Positions 57,831-64,000 of a stretch of DNA of 64,000 nucleotides are shown in pieces. A program made the position numbers and the translations under genes. Every line of letters starts with the position of its first letter. Within the stretch, counting starts at the first letter, position 1. Location of the stretch: positions 704,589 to 768,588 of the forward strand of contig JBAZXP010000001.1 in the NCBI GenBank assembly GCA_041659805.1, given 5' to 3'. Source of the DNA: Microgenomates group bacterium (GTDB taxonomy: Bacteria; Patescibacteriota; Microgenomatia; Daviesbacterales; UBA10151). The notes under the pieces were generated by a model that saw only the letters and a program-made list of their open reading frames with translations, ran no database searches and had not been told where the DNA came from.

Positions 57831-57951
57831 TTTATAATATTAGCATAGGGTAAACGTGTTGCCAATTAAAATCTTATGTGTAAGCCCATTACTATTTAAT
57901 ACTTTGTAGCGTATTGTACTAGGCATATGCTGTTGATAAAATACAAAAGTA

Positions 57952-58881
57952 ATGATTAAGCTTCAAAAAATTTTAAAAATAAAGCTCCCATTTAAACTAT
58001 GGCTTTTGGTACTTGTTATCCTCGGATTTTTAACTGTGCTTCTCTTGTCTAACGTTTTTGTAACATTCAAACAAGAAAAGAATGTAATATCAAACAATTC
58101 TAAAACATTAAAACAAACTGAATCCTCTTCTGTATCTGTAAAAAACACATCAACACCCACCATAAAAAGAACTTCACAAGCTCTGGTTCCTGTTTTTTCA
58201 GGTAATCAGATTAAAGTTCCAGTTCTTTATTATCATTATGTTGGAAATAACCCTAATAGTGCAGATTTACAACGGGATGTATTGTCTATTTCACCTGATA
58301 AATTTGCTGAGCAAATGAAATATTTAAAAGACAATGAGTATACTACTATTTCATATGACACTTTATATGCAGCATTTGGAAACCCAGCTATTTTACCCAG
58401 CAAGCCGATTATCTTAACTTTTGATGATGGTTATATAGATTTCTATTACAATGCTTATAACATAATAAGGGTGAATGGTCTTAGCGCTACAGTCTTTATT
58501 CCTACAGGTTTGGTAGGCGAACCTTCGTATTTAACTTGGGCAATGATTCAGGAAATGTACTCTTCAGGATCTATTCATTTCGGAGCCCATTCAGTGCATC
58601 ATTATCATTTGGCCTCACTTTCGCCTGAGGCTGCCTTAAAAGAATTAACTGAGAGCAAAAAAGATTTGCAGGACCGCCTTGGGATTAATATAAATTACAT
58701 GGCATACCCTTATGGTGAAACAAGCTCTGGGCTCGTAAGTTTGGTTCAAAAAGCAGGGTATGTTGGTGCAATCGGAACATGGTCAAATAAAATTCAGTCA
58801 CAAGGAACAATCTATAATTCCCCAAGGCTCAGGATTAGTGGTTTAATCGACATTAATTCTTTTGCTTCGCTTCTCCAGTGA
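57952..58881 (+). CDS. polysaccharide deacetylase (NodB homology, CE4), membrane-anchored
   Basis: LTFDDGY motif, a His-rich motif (HSVHHYH) and an N-terminal TM anchor. Confidence 0.75.
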   Translation: MIKLQKILKIKLPFKLWLLVLVILGFLTVLLLSNVFVTFKQEKNVISNNSKTLKQTESSSVSVKNTSTPTIKRTSQALVPVFSGNQIKVPVLYYHYVGNNPNSADLQRDVLSISPDKFAEQMKYLKDNEYTTISYDTLYAAFGNPAILPSKPIILTFDDGYIDFYYNAYNIIRVNGLSATVFIPTGLVGEPSYLTWAMIQEMYSSGSIHFGAHSVHHYHLASLSPEAALKELTESKKDLQDRLGININYMAYPYGETSSGLVSLVQKAGYVGAIGTWSNKIQSQGTIYNSPRLRISGLIDINSFASLLQ

Positions 58882-58897
58882 TCATTTATAATAAATT

Positions 58898-60613
58898 GTG
58901 AACTTTTTAAGAAAAAAATTATTTTGGATTTCATTTATTTTACTTTTATTTTATTCCTTATCTATTTTTTACCGCTCTGATAGCTCTTTTGACCAGGATT
59001 TAGGAAGACATTTGAGACTAGGAGAAATTATTGTTAATACCCTGGAAGTTCCGAAAATCAATCTATTTTCATATACAAATCCGGATTTTCCCTTTATCAA
59101 TCATCATTTTTTATTCGGAGTGATATTGTATATCTGGTCTATTTTTTTTAGTCTACAGTCGTTTCTTTATATAAAAATATTGATTTTGTTAACGGCTGTC
59201 TCGCTAACCTTATTAAACTTTAGAAAAACAAATTCATTTTTATTTATGCCACTGGGTTACTTATTCTTACATGTTTTGCGGGAAAGAACAGACCTTAGGC
59301 CTGAAATATTTAGTTTTCTTTTTACCGCACTCACATTATTCATTTTAGAAAAATTTTACACAAATAAATCAAAGCTTATTTTTTTTCTGCCGTTAATACA
59401 ACTTTTTTGGGTGAATTTTCATATATATTTTTTCCTTGGTTTTGTTTTGCAGGGAATTTATTTAATTGACCTGTTTATTTCTAAGGAATTTCAGAAATTT
59501 AAAAATCTTTTGTGGGTTTTAGGTATCTCTATTTATGCAAGTCTATTTAATCCGAATGGTATCTCCGGATTTTTTTACCCTTTAAGCGTTTTTGGAAATT
59601 ACGGTTATACGATTGCAGAAAATCAGAATATTTTTTTACTGGAAAGTATAAACTTTGTTGATCACAATTTCCTTTTTGTTAAAGTGTGTGCAATTTTTAT
59701 TATAATTTCATGTTTCATCACCTTATTAAAAAACCCTTTCAGTATTAAAAATAATCTCATTGTAGTTTTAGGCTTAGGTATGGCGCTTATAAATATCCGC
59801 AGTTTTCCTTATCTTTTCTTTATATCATTTCCGTTTGTACTAACTACTTTTAAGAAAATAAACAAAACGGTTTACGCTTTGATAATTGTTTCTTCTGTTT
59901 TACTTATTTTTGAATCCTTAATGTATCTAAGCGGGGAGTATTACAAAAAGATTGATGCACCAATCAAGTCTGGCTTAGTACTTGAAGAAAACGCTAAAAG
60001 CGCGATGAATTTTATTTTAGATAAGAATTTGCCCCAACCTATATATAATAATTTTGATATCGGTAGTTACATTATTTATAGAAGCTATCCCAGATTTAAG
60101 GTTTTTGTAGACGGCAGACCAGAAAGTTATCCTGCAGACTTTTTTACTAAGGTTTACATACCTTCACAATCTGATTATGCTACCTTTAAAGATTTAGAAA
60201 ACTATTATAAATTTCAAACTACTATTTTTTCGATTACTGATCAAACTCCTTGGGGACGGAATTTTCTAAAAAATATTTTAAGTGATAAGGACTGGTCGAC
60301 AATATATTTAGACGATTTTATTATTGTACTTATAAAAAATAAAGAGTTGCAGAATCCGAGACTTACTTCTATTAACTTGGAAAACCTTTCGCCTGAAAAA
60401 TATAATTTTAGTAACTATTTTTCTTATTTAAGGTTGAGTTATTTTTTATATAATTGCGGTTATTTTCAATCTTCAAAGACTTTTTCTGAAAAAGCCTTAT
60501 CTATGTATCCCGACAGTAGGATTGCAAACTCTTTAATGTTCTATTTCGAATCTTTGGAAAACAAAGGCAACTCAGATTACTTCCTAAAATCGGAAAATAA
60601 TCTTTGGTGGTAA
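58898..60613 (+). CDS. large polytopic membrane protein (possible GT-C-fold glycosyltransferase / YfhO-like)
   Basis: More than 10 predicted TM helices and a C-terminal soluble domain. No definitive motif. Confidence 0.35.
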   Translation: MNFLRKKLFWISFILLLFYSLSIFYRSDSSFDQDLGRHLRLGEIIVNTLEVPKINLFSYTNPDFPFINHHFLFGVILYIWSIFFSLQSFLYIKILILLTAVSLTLLNFRKTNSFLFMPLGYLFLHVLRERTDLRPEIFSFLFTALTLFILEKFYTNKSKLIFFLPLIQLFWVNFHIYFFLGFVLQGIYLIDLFISKEFQKFKNLLWVLGISIYASLFNPNGISGFFYPLSVFGNYGYTIAENQNIFLLESINFVDHNFLFVKVCAIFIIISCFITLLKNPFSIKNNLIVVLGLGMALINIRSFPYLFFISFPFVLTTFKKINKTVYALIIVSSVLLIFESLMYLSGEYYKKIDAPIKSGLVLEENAKSAMNFILDKNLPQPIYNNFDIGSYIIYRSYPRFKVFVDGRPESYPADFFTKVYIPSQSDYATFKDLENYYKFQTTIFSITDQTPWGRNFLKNILSDKDWSTIYLDDFIIVLIKNKELQNPRLTSINLENLSPEKYNFSNYFSYLRLSYFLYNCGYFQSSKTFSEKALSMYPDSRIANSLMFYFESLENKGNSDYFLKSENNLWW

Positions 60614-60614
60614 A

Positions 60615-62045
60615 TTAAGGGTTTTTTCTTTGATCGCGCGGCTTTAACTCTACCACAACTCCTTGATATTGCTCGGGGCCGCCAATTTGTGTAAGTTTTG
60701 AATAATTTAGCTTAAAATAATTAAGAACCAGATCTTCTCTAGAATAACTAAAAGAACCATTATAAATAATAAAATCAGAGTCATTTAACATCTCTAGAAA
60801 TGTGTTACGTTCAATATAAGATTGTGGAAATCTAATCAATTTATTATTTTTTCTGTCTAAAAATGCATAATACGGATCAGGGATGGCTGATGTGAAGACT
60901 GATTTGCTATCAGGGATCAGTTGCCTGATCTCTGTTATATATTGTTGATACGAATACTTCTCTCCGCCTTCTATTCTCAAAATATCAATGTGAAGTTTCA
61001 GATTAGACAAAAAAATTGTAAAACACAATAAAATTAGGCTGATGACTTTGAATTTATTCTGAGAGGATTTTGAGATTTGCCACAACGAATAATAGCTTTC
61101 GAGTAGGATGTATAAGGCTAATATAGCTAAAGGGACTAGATAGACTGCGTACCAGAAGTCCTTATTTAAAATTAGAATAATCCAAGAGAGTACCAAAGGA
61201 AAAGCAATTATAAATAATTCTAATTTTTTCCGAAGATACGCAAAGACAGTAAAAAGAATGGTAGCTAAGCTTAATGAAAAATAAATCAATTTAAATTCAA
61301 TTGGTTTTGAGCGAAAAACTGTTATAATCCAGCTCTCCTGATTGCCGGAAATCTGTAAACGAGCAAATATGCTTGTAAGAGTTGGCATTACCCTAAGTAG
61401 TAAAAAAATGAACAATGCAAAAAAGCATATTGCAAATAAAACTACTAGTTTCTTATTTTTAATTGATTGTTTCCTGTAGAAAATAAAACCAGTCACCGAA
61501 CTCGTCAGTAGATAAATTAAACCATTCGCGTGAAAGAGAAAGGCTAGTACTGCGGAAATAAAACTAAACGCAAAAAAAATTAGTTTATTCGATTTTTTGG
61601 AAATAAAAAGATACAAAAGATATATTGAGCTTAGCCCAAAAAGCAGAGTGAATATTTCAGGTCTTCCAATTCTGGTGGATTGAAGAAATGCGAAATCGGT
61701 GACCAATAAAATTAAGGGTGCTATTCGAAAAGTACTCTTTTTTAAAAAAAATTTGGATAGTGAATGTACTAAAAAGCCAAAGATAATCATGGTAACGATT
61801 CCAGAAAGCATTGATAGCATTCTTTGTGCCTCTATAGAAACTCCAAAAATCCTAAACCAATTGAAAAGTAAAGCTGTATAAATGGATGGGTAAATGTGAT
61901 AAGCGTCTAATAGATTCCCATTGAATAAATTAATTACATATATTAGTGAAGGTTCATCAGGCCAAACAGGAGGCTCTTTTAAAAAAAGATCAAAGGTTAT
62001 TAAAAAAGAAAGGAAAAAGGTGAGGACTAATAAAATATTTTTCAC
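60615..62045 (-). CDS. GT-C-fold glycosyltransferase-like membrane protein (ArnT/PMT-like, family 39/83-like)
   Basis: Polytopic, with a first-loop acidic motif (VWPDEPSLIY) reminiscent of the DE motif of GT-C enzymes. Confidence 0.45.
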   Translation of the reverse strand: MKNILLVLTFFLSFLITFDLFLKEPPVWPDEPSLIYVINLFNGNLLDAYHIYPSIYTALLFNWFRIFGVSIEAQRMLSMLSGIVTMIIFGFLVHSLSKFFLKKSTFRIAPLILLVTDFAFLQSTRIGRPEIFTLLFGLSSIYLLYLFISKKSNKLIFFAFSFISAVLAFLFHANGLIYLLTSSVTGFIFYRKQSIKNKKLVVLFAICFFALFIFLLLRVMPTLTSIFARLQISGNQESWIITVFRSKPIEFKLIYFSLSLATILFTVFAYLRKKLELFIIAFPLVLSWIILILNKDFWYAVYLVPLAILALYILLESYYSLWQISKSSQNKFKVISLILLCFTIFLSNLKLHIDILRIEGGEKYSYQQYITEIRQLIPDSKSVFTSAIPDPYYAFLDRKNNKLIRFPQSYIERNTFLEMLNDSDFIIYNGSFSYSREDLVLNYFKLNYSKLTQIGGPEQYQGVVVELKPRDQRKNP

Positions 62046-62066
62046 TGGTATATCATATACTAAAAT

Positions 62067-63773
62067 ATGACAAAAAGAGGATATATATTTCTTATAATTA
62101 TTATCGGGCTTGTAGTATTTGCAAACGCTTTATTTAACGGCTTTGTTTGGGATGATGAGGAGCAGATTTTAAATAACGTATTAGTACATTCTTTTTCAAA
62201 TTTTTTTAGCTTTTTTTCTGGTAGTACTTTTAATACAGGTGGGTCTGGAACTTTGGGCGGTCTTTACTACAAACCTTTAATGACTGCTGCTTTTTCTCTA
62301 ATCTACACGTTTTTCGGTACGAGTGCCTTCTTCTTTCATTTATTTCAAATCTTGCTGCATATTACGAACGCGATATTTGTTTTTTTGATTTTTAGAGTTA
62401 TTTTTCAGGTGAAGAGTTCGAATTCAATTTCTTTTATTCTGGCCGTAATTTTCTTAATTCATCCTATTAATGTTGAGGCGGTCTCGTATATTTCGTGTCT
62501 TCAGGATATATTGTTTTTCTTTTTTGGCATTATTGCTTTTTGGCTTATTGTTACAAAAAGAATAGTTTCTATCAGAAGTCATGTCTTATTATTTGGATTA
62601 ATGCTTAGTTCTCTGCTTTCAAAGGAGACTGGAATACTTTTTATATTGGTGGATACATTATATGTTTTTTTGTTTTCAAGAAAACAATTAAAAAATATTT
62701 TAATTACTGCTTTTTTATCTGTATCGGCCTATTCTTTTTTACGATTTGTTATTGCCGGTATTTTCTTTAACAAACATGGGCTTACTCCGATATCAACATT
62801 ACCTTTTTTTGAAAGGCTGCTCAGCGTACCTAAAATTAGTATCTTTTATTTTAAGACCTTTTTTTATCCAAACGATTTAGCAATTAGTCAGCATTGGGTA
62901 GTCCGTTCTTTAAGTCTTTCAGATTTTTATCTGCCGCTTAGTTTATCTATAATTATCTTGGGCTTATTCGGAATAATGCTTTATATATTTTATTCAAAAA
63001 AAAGCGATTTTTTCAAAACCTATATTTTTTTTCTTATATGGTTTTTAGCAGGGATGATCATGCATATCCAAATAGTGTTTCCACTGGACATGACTGTTTC
63101 AGAGCGATGGTTTTATTTTCCAATGACTGGTCTTTTGGGGTTAATAAGTGTAATATTTTTGCAAATCAAATTAAATAAGCTTACTAAAAAAGTTCTTGTA
63201 GTTCTTTTAATTTTGCTTTTACTTTTATTAAGCTTTAGAACAATCATTAGAAATGGAGACTGGAAAGATGGGCTGACTTTATATAGTCATGATGTTTTAT
63301 TTTCCACCAATACCTTTGATATTGAAAATAATTTTGGTGTCGAACTTTTTAGAGCCGGTAGGTTTGAAGAAGCTGGAAAACATTTTGAAGCCTCGACTAA
63401 AATTGCACCGAATTGGTGGACCAACTGGAATAATTTGGGGGCTGTAGAGGAGAGAAACGGTAATCTGGAAAATGCAAAAAAATATTATCAAAAAGCTATT
63501 GATAATGGGCGGTATTATTTGGCTTATCAAAATCTTGCTAAAATTTATTTAATTAAAGATGGGCCTGAAAAATCAAAGGTTTTTTGCGAAGAGTCTTTAA
63601 AAAGCTTGCCTAACAATGCAGAACTTTGGGCTATATTGGCAATTTCTGAATACAAGCTTAATGACCACGACAAAGCAGTTAAGGCTGCCCAAAATGCTTA
63701 TACATTGGAGCAAAGTCAACAAAATGCGTATGTTTATAGTAGGCTTATGCAAAACCTGCCACTGGAAAATTAA
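62067..63773 (+). CDS. GT-C-fold glycosyltransferase-like membrane protein with C-terminal TPR repeats
   Basis: First-loop FVWDDEEQIL (DE motif), multiple TM helices, and a C-terminal TPR-like repeat region (...AGKHFEASTKIAPNWWTNWNNLGAV...AKKYYQKAIDNG...). Confidence 0.45.
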   Translation: MTKRGYIFLIIIIGLVVFANALFNGFVWDDEEQILNNVLVHSFSNFFSFFSGSTFNTGGSGTLGGLYYKPLMTAAFSLIYTFFGTSAFFFHLFQILLHITNAIFVFLIFRVIFQVKSSNSISFILAVIFLIHPINVEAVSYISCLQDILFFFFGIIAFWLIVTKRIVSIRSHVLLFGLMLSSLLSKETGILFILVDTLYVFLFSRKQLKNILITAFLSVSAYSFLRFVIAGIFFNKHGLTPISTLPFFERLLSVPKISIFYFKTFFYPNDLAISQHWVVRSLSLSDFYLPLSLSIIILGLFGIMLYIFYSKKSDFFKTYIFFLIWFLAGMIMHIQIVFPLDMTVSERWFYFPMTGLLGLISVIFLQIKLNKLTKKVLVVLLILLLLLLSFRTIIRNGDWKDGLTLYSHDVLFSTNTFDIENNFGVELFRAGRFEEAGKHFEASTKIAPNWWTNWNNLGAVEERNGNLENAKKYYQKAIDNGRYYLAYQNLAKIYLIKDGPEKSKVFCEESLKSLPNNAELWAILAISEYKLNDHDKAVKAAQNAYTLEQSQQNAYVYSRLMQNLPLEN

Positions 63774-63794
63774 TGAGTTTGTTATACTTTAAAG

Positions 63795-64000
63795 ATGACT
63801 AAAAAAATAATACTGATTATGCTTTTATTCTTATCTCTCGCTTTCTATCTTAACCGAAGTTATTCAATGATTTATAACCGCAACTTAGTTCCTGATTTAA
63901 CAAGCTTTTGGATGCGTCCTATTACATTCACTAATCCAAATTTTCAGAATTCAGTTAAATATGTGTCAGTTGGTGATAGTTTGACTGTCGGTATAGGAAC
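63795..64000 (+). CDS. partial (5') gene for a signal-peptide-bearing SGNH/GDSL-like hydrolase
   Basis: MTKKIILIMLLFLSLAFYL... then VSVGDSLTVGIG (GDSL motif) at the window edge. Truncated by the window end. Confidence 0.45.
   Translation, partial: MTKKIILIMLLFLSLAFYLNRSYSMIYNRNLVPDLTSFWMRPITFTNPNFQNSVKYVSVGDSLTVGIG

Noticed and set aside
1-64000. CRISPR array or rRNA genes
   Set aside because: No run of regularly spaced direct repeats and no rRNA-like conserved stretches were seen anywhere in the window.

Overview
This is a low-GC bacterial chromosomal window with mostly weak Shine-Dalgarno sites and the standard genetic code (long ORFs are not interrupted by TGA).

The left third (0-22 kb) is housekeeping and envelope genes: a LeuA-family synthase, a YvcK/CofD-family protein, a PAP2 phosphatase, Dus, PurA, a secreted GH-A/GH5-like hydrolase, a Y-family DNA polymerase, an ABC-F ATPase, a sortase and a histidine phosphatase. 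Five tRNAs fall in this part: Lys-CTT, Arg-TCG (plus a 22-nt partial duplicate), His-GTG and Gly-TCC.

The right two-thirds looks accessory, in this order:
- (i) A possible nuclease/defence-like trio: an HKD/PLD-family nuclease, an XRE HTH regulator, and a 500-aa protein with a C-terminal PD-(D/E)xK-like motif.
- (ii) A type-IV-secretion/conjugation-like module: an M23 peptidase, a split VirB4 ATPase, a VirB3-like small membrane protein, a VirB6-like polytopic protein with an N-terminal pilin-like domain, and a pilin-like protein.
- (iii) A roughly 16-kb copper/heavy-metal and thiol-redox island: a 1103-aa CopA, CopZ, an HMA + DsbD_2-like + double cupredoxin fusion, DsbA, CcdA, a DUF1573 protein, a CsoR-like repressor, an HK/RR pair, an L,D-transpeptidase, and two more P1B ATPases (one with DKTRT in place of DKTGT, one with a His/Met-rich N-terminus).
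- (iv) Mobility genes: a replication-relaxation-like protein, a VirD4/TraD-like coupling ATPase, and a large serine recombinase whose reading frame runs through a tRNA-Arg(TCT).

The modules (ii)-(iv) together read best as a candidate integrative conjugative element with metal-resistance cargo inserted beside tRNA-Arg. Genes in the mobility part and some small membrane ORFs carry strong AAAGGAGGTGA ribosome-binding sites, unlike the rest of the window.

Further right lies a tRNA cluster (Pro-TGG, a pseudo-tRNA-Pro 5' fragment carrying a hairpin insertion, Leu-TAA) interleaved with GIY-YIG and HNH nuclease genes. After it comes an envelope-glycan cluster: a UXS-like dehydratase, a CE4 deacetylase, three GT-C-like polytopic membrane proteins (one with TPR repeats), and a partial GDSL-like gene at the window edge.

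Other notable points: a roughly 80-nt duplicated leader element with a conserved mini-ORF upstream of two adjacent genes, 26-nt direct repeats flanking one ATPase gene, and a promoter-operator palindrome in the recombinase region. No CRISPR array or rRNA was found.
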